DNA of 64,000 nucleotides from an uncultured bacterium (GTDB lineage Bacteria > Verrucomicrobiota > Verrucomicrobiia > Limisphaerales > UBA8199), in contig CAVVMW010000008.1 of the NCBI GenBank assembly GCA_963749495.1, positions 96,001 to 160,000 on the forward strand, given 5' to 3'. Numbering within the stretch: the first letter of the stretch is position 1; each line of letters starts with the position of its first letter. A program made the translations under genes and the position numbers. A model generated the notes under the pieces. That model was not told the origin of the DNA, did no database searches, and saw nothing but the letters and a program-made list of their open reading frames with translations. Shown piece by piece: positions 52,809 through 63,200 of the stretch.

Positions 52809-54512
52809 ATGGCGATGAAAACGATCCACTTCCTTTTGCTGGCGATGGCCTGTTCGGCCACGGTTCCGGCTGCGGGTTCCACAACCTTGCCAAAGAAACT
52901 CATTATGACGGGCTGGGACAGTCCGGATACGGCCCAATTCCGGCGGGACATACGCTCGATGGAGCAATGGCCCTTTGATGGGGCGGTCATCTACGCTCGG
53001 GGCTTGGGAAGCGACGGCAAGTCGTTTGATGCTCGGACCGCCTTCAACACCAACCATTGGGGGTTAACCTGCTTCAGCAATGCCTTGGCCAACCTGAAAG
53101 CCGCCCGCTCGGACAAGCTCACCGACAATTTCCTCGTTTTCGGAGCCAACCCTGGCAACGTGGACTGGTTCGATGACGCCGGCTGGAAAGAGATTCGTGA
53201 GCACTGCCGATTGCTGGCAAGGTTGGCGCATGCGGGCGGTTTGAGGGGACTGCTGTTTGATCCGGAACCGTACACCGAGCCATACAAACAGTTCGCCTAC
53301 CGCAATCAGGCAGGTTGCACACGGCACTCGTTCGAGGATTACAGCCAGCAGGCCCGGCAGCGTGGACACGAGGTCATGGAGGCAGTTGTGGCCGAGTATC
53401 CGAATGCGGTGTTATACACGTATTTTCTTCTCAGCGAATGCTCCCATGCCCTGGGAACGGGCGACGATCCACATGCCGAGCTGTCCAATGACGGCTACGG
53501 GTTGCTGCCGTCGTTTGCAGACGGTTTGCTGGACCGGATGCCGAGCGCGGTCACGCTCATTGACGGCAATGAAGGGGCCTATCGCTACAACAGCGACGCG
53601 GCTTTCGATGCCGCCTTTGTGCGCATCAAGAACGCGTGCCAGGCATTGGTCTCGCCGGAAAACCGGACGAAATTCCGGGCGCAGGTGCAGGTCAGCCACG
53701 GCATTTACCTGGACGCGTACGTCAATCCGCCCAACTCGCCCTGGTACATTGATGGCCTGGGTGGGCCGCGAGTGGACCGGCTGGAACAAAACGTCGCCGG
53801 CGCGCTGCGCGCGGCGGACCAGTACGTGTGGGTTTATGGTGAGCGTGCCCGTTGGTGGCCGCCGCGTGAGCCGGACGCGACAGCTCCGAAGACCTGGGCG
53901 GAGGTCTTGCCGGGGATCGAGTTCGCCTTGTTGAGCGCCAAGGACCCGGCGGAGGCGGCGCGACACAAGCTCAAGGAGATGCGCTCGGCGGGCACGTTGA
54001 CCAACCTCCTCTTGAACGGGGATTTCACGGCGGCCAAGGATGGCCAGCCGGAGTCGTGGGGCCATTGGCAGGATGAAAAGCAGTCGCATGGTTTGTTCAG
54101 CCATGATCCGGCCCTGGGTGCGGCCAGGCCGGGTTCAGGCTGTTTGAGCGGTATTGAGCACGGTTGCTTCGTCCAGGCCGTGAAGATAGGGCCGGGCCGG
54201 CGGTATCTTCTCTCCGCCAAGATCCGGCAAAGCGGTGCGGGCGCAGCCTGGCTGATGGCCCGCTGGCAGACAGCGGAAGGGAAGTGGACCGCCGAGGACC
54301 GGGATGTGCGCTTGGCTCCCGCGCCCGGGGCTGCGGATCCGTCGTCCTGGCGCGAGGTGACGGGCCTCGTCAGCGTGCCGGCGGGCGTGGGACAACTGGT
54401 GGTGCTGGCGGGGGCAAGCGGGCAGCAGACTCAGGATGACCGGGTGTGGTTTGATGACGTTCTGGTTGCGCCGGTCACCCCCAGCTCGAACATCCTTAAA
54501 GCCCCACACTAA
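52809..54512 (+). CDS. Secreted hypothetical protein: putative TIM barrel plus C-terminal CBM4/9-like module
   Basis: WPFDGAVI, DWFDDAGW, GLLFDPEPY, LIDGNE; NLLLNGDF..W..Q.V...GRRY..S..IR..VWFDDV. Confidence 0.7.
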   Translation: MAMKTIHFLLLAMACSATVPAAGSTTLPKKLIMTGWDSPDTAQFRRDIRSMEQWPFDGAVIYARGLGSDGKSFDARTAFNTNHWGLTCFSNALANLKAARSDKLTDNFLVFGANPGNVDWFDDAGWKEIREHCRLLARLAHAGGLRGLLFDPEPYTEPYKQFAYRNQAGCTRHSFEDYSQQARQRGHEVMEAVVAEYPNAVLYTYFLLSECSHALGTGDDPHAELSNDGYGLLPSFADGLLDRMPSAVTLIDGNEGAYRYNSDAAFDAAFVRIKNACQALVSPENRTKFRAQVQVSHGIYLDAYVNPPNSPWYIDGLGGPRVDRLEQNVAGALRAADQYVWVYGERARWWPPREPDATAPKTWAEVLPGIEFALLSAKDPAEAARHKLKEMRSAGTLTNLLLNGDFTAAKDGQPESWGHWQDEKQSHGLFSHDPALGAARPGSGCLSGIEHGCFVQAVKIGPGRRYLLSAKIRQSGAGAAWLMARWQTAEGKWTAEDRDVRLAPAPGAADPSSWREVTGLVSVPAGVGQLVVLAGASGQQTQDDRVWFDDVLVAPVTPSSNILKAPH

Positions 54513-54713
54513 TCCCGGATTGACGGGGTGGTCGAACATCCTCTGGACCATCATCTCGGATCGCGGCAAACTCGGGCCGTAATGCGCTCAGGCAGTTGCC
54601 ACTTAGTGACCATGAAGTTCCGATCAGCACTTCGCTGACCTATCTTTTGGCTCGGAGCGGAAATGCCGCAGAACTGTTAAGCAGGATCGCCAGATGAACA
54701 CCATGACAAACAC

Positions 54714-56378
54714 ATGAGCAGCAACGACATCAGAATCAGATTTGGTTTCCCGGCGATTTTGTGCCTGGCCCTCGGAATCCTCGCGTCCGTGATCTCCCTG
54801 GAGGGCGCCTCGGCCTCGAACCCGGTTCAGGAAGGGGAGATGGCCGGGTACCTACTTGTCCCCAACCAAAGGGTTCCAAAGACATATAACGCCGGGTTCT
54901 CCATGTATGTGGCTGCCTGGCCCTTGTTGCAAGAATACCCCGGACATGATTTCCAATCCGGCCTGTTCGGCACCTGGATGTTCGCTCAGTATGCCGGCCA
55001 CGCGCCCACCAACCTGTATTCCGATATTGAGGGCGGGCTCGGTTGGTGGCGGGACACGCGGTTTGCCACGGAAACGCCCAAGTTCATCATGGGTGGTGTG
55101 GCCCCGAACTTCATCGAATGGGCCAACGGACCCGGAGCCGGCAAGGGGAGGGATTGGAACGACCCCAAAGGGCATTATGGGATCGCCCAACTCAGTCCCT
55201 GGTTGCTCTGGCCCCCGGATGGCCTGAACCTGAAACAAGGCACCTGCGGCGAACTGTTCGGTTACGGGTATCTACCGCTGCCGCTCACCACCGCCAAGGC
55301 AGTCACCGCCGGGCAGAGCGTGCCCACGGGAGACAACAGTTGGACCTTGTTCTTGAATACGCGCAACTTCAAAGGCCCGGTGGCGTTCTTTACCCCGTTT
55401 TTCTGGTCGCACGCGGCGCTTGCCGAACCGCGGTTGGCGGGCATGCTCCTGGATAGCCGCCCCTCCGAGCCAAACCGGGCGTTGCAGATGGAGACCCAGT
55501 ACGTCCCGGCGGTTCAGGCCGTGGACGGGAAGGGGCAAACGTACGCCCGCATCGGCCGGACGTTCTTTCCCCGAGGGCCTGCGAACGATTCGGTCGTAGT
55601 GCATCGTGTCTCCTCGTACACCAGGCAGGCGCTCTGGGATGCCGTGAAGGCCTGGTTCGAGGGAGGCAATCCGGCCAGCGGGGCCATTGACCCACAGCGA
55701 GCCTGGGTGCATGGCTTCACCAACCGCGGCGGCGCAACCTGGCGGATCTATACCCCCGCGGTCCCCGAGAAGCAGCGGGTGGCTCTGGCCTGGAATTCCT
55801 TTGCGACGCCCGTGGCACTGGGTACGAATACCTTCGGCTACCGCTGGAACTACGGACTGGCCAGGAAGGACGATTCCCGTCCGGGGCCGCTGGCCGTGCT
55901 CCCCGAATACTATCACCTGGTGACGAACAAGAACCAGAAGGCGGAATGGGTTCCGGTGCGAGCGGAAGAGGTTCCGGTCGAAACGGGCCTGGTTCAGCAT
56001 CAATTTCACCGGCCGTTGGAGGATCGCCCCGAACCTTACGTCACCCCTGAGGATGCGAAAAGCTGCTGGAAGAAACCTGGTCCCGTGGCGGGGCCGTTCC
56101 AGGCGTATCCGGGGGACGGCAGCGTGGTGACCTACTACTGGTATCGCTTCGCCGACCAGCCCGCATTGCTGAACGCCGGCTTGACGGATAAAGAGCGCGA
56201 GGTCTTGCAGGCGCGCGTGGAGAAACTCCACCGGAACTGGACCAAGGACCGCGACTACCTGCCGCCACCTACGGTGGGAAAGCTGGCTGAGATTGACCCG
56301 GCCTTGATCGTCACCCCGCCGCCGGGCTTGGAGGCGGGGTATGTGCCCATTGTGACCCGCCAAGCCGCGAAGGAGTAG
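54714..56378 (+). CDS. Secreted conserved hypothetical protein (Trp/Pro/Gly-rich)
   Basis: Uninterrupted 554-aa ORF with signal peptide; motifs IEGGLGWW, YGIAQLSP, YYWYRFADQP; no function recognised. Confidence 0.75.
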   Translation: MSSNDIRIRFGFPAILCLALGILASVISLEGASASNPVQEGEMAGYLLVPNQRVPKTYNAGFSMYVAAWPLLQEYPGHDFQSGLFGTWMFAQYAGHAPTNLYSDIEGGLGWWRDTRFATETPKFIMGGVAPNFIEWANGPGAGKGRDWNDPKGHYGIAQLSPWLLWPPDGLNLKQGTCGELFGYGYLPLPLTTAKAVTAGQSVPTGDNSWTLFLNTRNFKGPVAFFTPFFWSHAALAEPRLAGMLLDSRPSEPNRALQMETQYVPAVQAVDGKGQTYARIGRTFFPRGPANDSVVVHRVSSYTRQALWDAVKAWFEGGNPASGAIDPQRAWVHGFTNRGGATWRIYTPAVPEKQRVALAWNSFATPVALGTNTFGYRWNYGLARKDDSRPGPLAVLPEYYHLVTNKNQKAEWVPVRAEEVPVETGLVQHQFHRPLEDRPEPYVTPEDAKSCWKKPGPVAGPFQAYPGDGSVVTYYWYRFADQPALLNAGLTDKEREVLQARVEKLHRNWTKDRDYLPPPTVGKLAEIDPALIVTPPPGLEAGYVPIVTRQAAKE

Positions 56379-56420
56379 ATTAGCGTTTTCCCCATCTTCC
56401 CACGCCTGCCGCGGGTAGCG

Positions 56421-58393
56421 TCATCTGGTCTGCAGGAGCCCTATCAACGCCTCCGCCAGGCCATGGCCGATGAGGCAATAAACCCGGGCGCTGCCGAAGT
56501 AGTGGCATTCCCAATGGCTGATGGCCCGGTCGTGCTCCCGTTGGACCTCCAAATAGCCCTGGTCCTCCTTGCGTGCCTTCTCGAAGGCCGCGTTCACCAA
56601 CTGCTCCATCTGCTTGGCATCCGAGGCCTCAGGCCGACTCTTGAGTTCCTCCTTGAGCTGCGTCGCGAGCTTCTCCCGCAAGCGTCGCTCCTCAACCTGG
56701 AGCTTGCGTGGCAGTTCATCCAATTTGGCATACCAGTAAGGGGCGGTGCGCACATAACCGAGCGTGCCCTTGAGTTCGGGCTGGCTGGCAATCTTCGCCT
56801 GGGCGATGCGGAAGGCGGCCATCTCTGAATTGACATGCTGCTCCCCGTCCACGCCCAACTCCCCCACCACCACGGGCAACCCAGGGACGTTGAACTCGGT
56901 GCGCAGGTCCTGAACCAGGTGGGCGAAGTTGCGGGCATACTCTTCGTACACCTGCTGCCTTATCTTCCGGTCGGCACAAAAATCGTTCCATCCCTGGAAC
57001 CAGACAAAGCCGCACAACTCGTACGGCCGGCCTTTGAATTGCGGAAAGTGAACTTCAAGATGGTCCAGGCACGCATGAACCTCCGCAATCATCTGCCGAT
57101 AAGCCGCCCCGACATCGCGGGGCGCGCCAGGGATTTCGTAAGGCGGTTTGCCAGCGCTGGGTGGACGAAAATCGCAGTAGAGGTCCTTCCCACCCCAGGC
57201 GGTCTTGATCAACAGCACGGGTTCCTCGTGACAATCCCCCAAGTCAATGCCGAACATCAGCTCAGGTCCAATCCGATCCGGCCCAGCCCCCTGGCCCACC
57301 GTCAACGGCCCGCGGATGATCTGGTCGCCGCGATGGTAATACAGGAGCACGCCATCACGCTCAACGAACGAACCGTCGTCCTTTCGGATCTTCTTCAGCA
57401 AGCCGCCCAGGGTCGGATGCTCGCCAAGTTCGTCAAGTGTGTTGATGCCACCGTATCCCTCCATGTTGGATTGCCCAGCCAGAATGAACACTTTGACGGA
57501 ACTCCTGCCGGCCCTTTCATGGAGAACGGCCGCCTTTCCGGCGCGAGGCAGGTTCTGGAGAGAAGCGATGACGGTGGGAGGTATGGCCGCATTCGAAATA
57601 GGATTGAGGCTCTTGCCTCCTCCGCCATAAACTGGAGTTCCATATTCCGGGGCCAGTCCTGCAAAGAAGCGATCCAATTCCGTCCGGTCCCCTTCGGCCA
57701 GAAAATACGCGTCGTGGAGTTGCCCCCAGATGCCGTCCCCCTTGGCTTTGGTGAGGCAGTGCATTTGTTCCACGCTCTTGCCGAGCCACAAGCGATACGT
57801 GGCCAGCTTGACCACGGCCTTGTCCCGGCCCAGGAAGTTCTCCAGGAACGAATTCAGCCCCCCGCCGATCGTCGCAACGCTGGCCTTGCCGCCATTGGGG
57901 TTTTGGATGGTAGCGCTATGAATCCACTGCTGCTTTTCCCGGTCATAGACATAGTACCTGGTGCCGGTGGTGTCGGGCTGGCTGCCGGGCTGTTTCTGCA
58001 CGAAGAACTGGAAGGTCTCGTTGGTCTTCCAGGGCCAGAGCATGTGCGTGTGGCCGCCTTCACCCTCGCCGCCGAACCGATTGAAGATCGTGCGGGGATC
58101 GGCCTCGGTGGTCGTCGGGTGAAGCTGAGGTGAGGTGTCCCAGATCGAGAAGATCGTGCGCCGTTCGCGGATGCCATTGTGCTGGATGCCGCAGTAACCG
58201 CCGGCGGCTCCCCCGGATGCCAGTTGGCGCCGCAGTAGTAGATGCCTGAAGCGGTCGCCAGTACCGGTGATCTCGCCATACAGGCAGGTGGCGTCACGCG
58301 GCCCTCCAGGTTCCACCACAGATGCTGCGCCATCAGGTTTGGGCAAACGACTGCCAGGTTTACCAGGACTAAAGGCAGGTGTTTCAGATTCAT
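56421..58393 (-). CDS. Fusion of a DUF3472-like domain and a sialate O-acetylesterase (SASA/CE6-like SGNH) domain (several frameshifts at 58200-58300)
   Basis: Repaired N-terminus HLWWNLEG.RDATCLYGEITVLAT..IYYCGANW..GGYCGIQHN..TIFSIWD, FGGEGEG, SFLENF; then VFILAGQSNMEG, IGPELMFG, IKTAWGGK, GFVWFQGWND, CHYFGS. Confidence 0.75.
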
Positions 58394-58658
58394 CGCAGGC
58401 GATTATCTACCCGGAGTGTGGGTTCGACGCAATGCCCGTGAATGGACGACCCGATTTTCGCAAAGGTCGGGGGCACGATTTGGGCCAAGACTTTGCAGCC
58501 TTTTTCCATTCTACCGCGTCGGTGATCCAGGCTGGGATGAGCAACGCCGCGATCGTGGAGCGGAACAAGTAATCGTCGGGACGCGTCACCGGCACCGTAA
58601 CGAGATTATTGCGCAGGCACTGGCTCAAACTCCAAAGACCGGCCCGATCCACCTCGCA

Positions 58659-59999
58659 TCACCGAGGGCCGTTCCGGAATTCTCGAAACAGCTTTTGCGC
58701 CAGAGGAAAGGTCGTGCTCTGCGGACTCTTGTCCAGGCAGTAAGTCACCACGCCATCGCAGCGCCCGTTCCGCCAGGCCTGCAAGGACATCTGCAGCCAA
58801 TCCGCGATGCGTTCGGGCGAGGCGGGATCGCCATGGCGCTGCCGGAACTCCTGTGCGTCACCGGCCGTCATGGAAATGAACGGAATGTGAAAGCGGCGCT
58901 CACCCCGCGTTGCGGGGTGTCCGAAGCCGGTTTCAAACCGGCCCTGCCTGTGCGTGCTCCAGTCTTGCGGTTGCCTGAAATCAGCGGCAAACCGCAGGTT
59001 TTCGGACCGCAGATCGCCCAACTGCCAGCGCACGCCAAAATTACTGACGCCCTGCTTGTCCAAGAGCCGGAAGCCCACGGTGACATTGGTCCGACCCCGG
59101 ACCGCGGCAGTAGCATCCACGCTCACTTCGTTCCACCCGGCCCCGCCGCCGGCAACGTCTTCTTCCCAGAGAACCTTCCCCTCGACCAGCACCTGTTTGA
59201 AATGGTAACCGGCGGTGGGCCCGGTGAAGTCGTCACGCTCCCGGAAGCGGATGATGCACCGGTCGCCGAGAAGCACGGTGGCCCTTTGGCTCGCCATGAC
59301 GTAATCGCTCTCATGCGAAGGCGTGTTCCACGGGTATGTCAACTCGCTGGCCGGAGGAATTCCCGCATCATTCAGGATGGCCCAGGTGCGCTCGATCTCA
59401 TCGCCATTCTGCAAGTAAGCGACCACCACGCCGTCGATGACCGGCCGGTATTCCTGGGCGAACCGCGGCGTTATCTCATTGAAGTACATGAGCGGCAAAA
59501 AGGCCAAGCGCGGATTGATGCGCTTGGCGCGGGACTGCATCTGACCCACGTAGGCCGGGGATAGGGTTTCGTGATTGGCATAGAAATCATCAATGACCCA
59601 GCCGGTCAGATTTGTGTGCTGCAAGGAAAGCCGGGCGATCTCCTCCGCCCAGCGCAGGAGATCCAGCCCGAACGGCTGGGAAGGTGGTCCCACGCTGCCG
59701 GAGCCTTCCGAGGGCGGCACCAGGTAAACCCAAACCTCCAGGCCCGCCTGACGCGCCCTGGGAAGAAAGACCTTCAAATCATCCCAATCCGTCGGCGCGT
59801 GCCAGATCAGCCAGTAGTAGGTGCCGACCCCGAGCTCCTGCAAACGCCGAACCATAGCGTCAACATCGACCCGCCCGTCGGCGCGGCGCAGTTCCGAATC
59901 GTAGTCTGCCGGGAGGCCGTTAACCGGGCTCCTGGCGTCCGCAGCGCGCAAGCCGACGACGGACGCCAGCATCAGGATGAGGGCAACAAATCTGTTCAT
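58659..59999 (-). CDS. Secreted hypothetical protein, putative glycosidase TIM barrel with inserted beta-sandwich
   Basis: 446-aa ORF with signal peptide; ELGVGTYYWLIW, VWVYLVPPSE, GWVIDDF, DGVVTYCL. Confidence 0.65.
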   Translation of the reverse strand: MNRFVALILMLASVVGLRAADARSPVNGLPADYDSELRRADGRVDVDAMVRRLQELGVGTYYWLIWHAPTDWDDLKVFLPRARQAGLEVWVYLVPPSEGSGSVGPPSQPFGLDLLRWAEEIARLSLQHTNLTGWVIDDFYANHETLSPAYVGQMQSRAKRINPRLAFLPLMYFNEITPRFAQEYRPVIDGVVVAYLQNGDEIERTWAILNDAGIPPASELTYPWNTPSHESDYVMASQRATVLLGDRCIIRFRERDDFTGPTAGYHFKQVLVEGKVLWEEDVAGGGAGWNEVSVDATAAVRGRTNVTVGFRLLDKQGVSNFGVRWQLGDLRSENLRFAADFRQPQDWSTHRQGRFETGFGHPATRGERRFHIPFISMTAGDAQEFRQRHGDPASPERIADWLQMSLQAWRNGRCDGVVTYCLDKSPQSTTFPLAQKLFREFRNGPR

Positions 60000-60026
60000 A
60001 AACGCGCCAGCGCCAAAGGTATTGGG

Positions 60027-60203
60027 TTATATTCGCACTCCCGCAGTCCGGTAGAACTCCTGCACGCGCGCCATTTCCTCTTCCAGTTCCAGCACTCCAA
60101 TCGAGCGCAGCATCTCGCCAAGGCGAAGCAGGCCTGTCTCCCACTCAAACCAATTGGGTTCGCCAGATCCGGCAGTCGGGTTGTTCGCGAGATTCCTCGT
60201 ATT
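60027..60203 (-). pseudogene. Possible 3' remnant of a gene directly after the CHAT-STAND gene
   Basis: Open frame ..EPNWFEWETGLLRLGEMLRSIGVLELEEEMARVQEFYRTAGVRI* with no good start. Confidence 0.3.
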
Positions 60204-60204
60204 G

Positions 60205-63200
60205 TCAGGTAGGCTTGTTGGTTTCCAGCAGTGACGGCAAACCGGCTTCCTGCCACATCGCCCGAAGCTGGGCCTGGTCTTCTGCCGAGGCGGAGCGCAG
60301 GAGAACCAAAAAATTGACCACGGCTCGTCTGCTCATCGCAAGATCGTTCCGCTTCAGGAGGCTGCTCGCCGCCTTGATGAACCATCGTCCGGCCTCAGCA
60401 TGGTTTCCTTGCTCCCTCTCAATGATCCCCAGCAGGCACCAAATGATGGCCGCGCCGTGCTCGTCTCCTTGGTTTTGCTTGATTTCCAAGGACCTGGAAT
60501 ACCACTGTCGGGCTTGGGCGAAATCCCGCTCCTGCTGGGCAATCACGCCGAGGTTGTGATAGGTAGTGGCTGCACCGCTTTCGTCGCCGTGCTTCTCGGA
60601 AATCGCTAGAGACCTGAAATACCACCGCTTGGCTTGGGCATGCTTGCCTTGCTTTTGCGCATTAATGCCCAACTGGTGATAGGTGCCGGCTGCGCCACGT
60701 TCGTCACCTCGTTTCTCCTTAATCTCCAGGGCCTTGAGATACCATTGCTCCGCTTGGGCGAAGTCACTTTGCGCTTCAGCGATCATGCCGAAGTGGTGAT
60801 AACTTGTGGCGGCGCCGTGCTCGTCACCCTGCTTCTGCTTGATCTTCATCGACTTGCCGAACCAGTGCTGGGCCTGCGCGAAATCCTTTTGCTCTTGGGC
60901 GATAATGCCGAGCTGATGATAAGTCATGGCCGCTCGCGGGTCGTCGGCTTGCTTTTCGAAAACCTCGACGGCCTTGAGGTACCACCTTGTTGCGCCAGCG
61001 AAGTCCCGCTGCTCTTCGGCGATCCTGCCCAGCTGATGATATGTGCTGGCTGCGCCGTGTTCATCGCCCCGCTTCTCTTTGATTGCGAGCGACGTGCTAT
61101 ACGAGTCGATGGCTTGGGCGAACTGTCGTTGCTCCTCAAGGACCCTGCCTAACTGGTGATACGCGACCCCGGCAGCTTCAGCCCAGTCAGCCTTCTTGCT
61201 CTCCTCAGCCAGGCGCTGGTACAGCCGTTGCGCTTCAACGAGGTTTCTTGTGTGGAAGGCAAACGAAGCGAGGAACTGGATAAGCGCCATGAAAGAAGTC
61301 GTGATTTTCAGGCGTTCAGCTTCCCGGGCGGCACGATAGAGGTTGCTCCCGTGGAACCGGAAGATTTTTCTCTGGTCACGCAACTCCTTGGGCACGAGAG
61401 TATTCGCAAGGTTGCCCATCGCCCCCACAAAGGCCTTGATCCACAGTTCCGCTCCGCTCTGCTGGGCGGTGGCTCTGGCTCGGGACCGCAAATAGCTGGT
61501 TAACAACGGATGCAACTGGAAGAGAACGCCGCCACCGATGTCGTGGACAAGACCAGCAACACCAAGGACCTCGAGGACCTGTGATGCACCCTCGGCCTGC
61601 AAGCCCATTCTGACGTCCTCGGTCATCTGCTGGAGTGACATTACGTCTGCGAACTCCTCATACAATGACAGAGGAACCAAAAATGGCTGCAGGTCGGTAG
61701 GCAGAGACCCGCGAACAAAATCCAGGCAGGCATTCAGCTTGCTGAGGGTGGGATCGGCTTGAGGGCCCTTGCCCGTGAGCAGGCCTTCCAAGGCAGCGCG
61801 CGCCTGGGCCGGCGTCTTCTGGCGCAACTGCACCAGCACCGCCTGCATGGCCAGCGGATGACCGCCCAGGCCCCGAAGCAGTTCCCCCAACTCCGGGTTC
61901 TTCCGGTCCACCGTCAAACCCAGGTCGTCCAGGATTTGCGCGGCAAAATCCCACACGTCCTCCCCATGCAGACCACCCAGCCGCAGACCAAAGCAGTTCT
62001 GCGGCCCCAACCACTCCTCCTCCCCCCGGCTGGTGATAATCACCTTGCTGGCGCCTCCCCGCAGCTTCACCACAAACTCCAGCAGCAGATTCTGGTCGGC
62101 CTCCGGCAGCATCGCGCTGACCCCCGCCTCGGGGTTCCCCCGCACCGATTCGAAGTTGTCCCACACGATGATGAACCGCCGCTCCCAAAGGACCGCCACC
62201 AGTTGATCCAGGCTTTGTTGAACCGAACCGGCGCCAAACTGCGGCCCCAACAGGGCCCGGCCCATGTCATTGAACACGCAGGGGGCGCTGCGAATTGCGT
62301 TGAACGTGAACCAGAACCAGCCCTCCCCCAGGCCGCCAGTGTCCCCCAGCCAGCGCAGGAACACCCGGGCCAGTCGCGTCTTGCCGATGCCCCCAAGCCC
62401 GTGAATGAGAATGCTCGTCGGCTTGCGGCCCAACGCGCGCTCCAGTTCCAGAAATGCCCCGTCCCGCCCAACAAACGAATAAGCCTCGTGTTCTTCCTCC
62501 GCCCCCGGAGCCGGTCCCTTCACCGCCGGCGCGGGCGCGACCTCGGCATTCTCCGTGAAGGTCAACTCCACCGGTTCCTGCTGATACACCACCGGCACCA
62601 GCCAGTCCTGCAACTGGAGGGCAGGGTTCAGCCGCGAGCGTTGGCCGTGCGCCCGCATCTCCTGCCGGCCGCGCCGGACCGCCTCGGCCACATCCCCGCT
62701 CTGGAACAGTGCCCGGTAGAAGGGCGGCAGGAACTCCCGCGCCCCAGTCAGCGTGACCGAGTAGCTCATGGCCACCACGCTCCGAATCCCAGTGCGCAAG
62801 AGCGCGGCAGCCACCGAGGCAAACGGCTCCCGCGCCTCCGCATCGAGCATGGCCGACTGGCAGGCGTTGAGCACCACCAGCGGCACCGCCTGCTCGCGCA
62901 ACAGGTCACTTAATTCCCCGGCGCTGACCGCATGCGCTTTGCCCTCCTTGTCCTCGAACACCACTTGGCCCTCGACTCCCCCCGGCTTGAACATCTCGGC
63001 ATGGCCACCAGGAATGGCCTCCGGGTGATACGCCCCGTGGCCGTCGAAATGCAGAATGTGATACCGGTGGGGGTGCTTGCGCAGGTGCTCGCGTAATTGG
63101 TCGAAGGTGGGCGGACGCAGAAGATCGACCACGGCCGGCAGCTTCTCCCTCTTGATGAGGTCCACCAGTGGTCGCGAAATCGAGCGGTATTGGACATCGC

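Noticed and set aside
54513..54582. Short frame LTGWSNILWTIISDRGKLGP* as another 3' remnant (similarly 58407-58652)
   Set aside because: Too short or featureless to distinguish from intergenic sequence.
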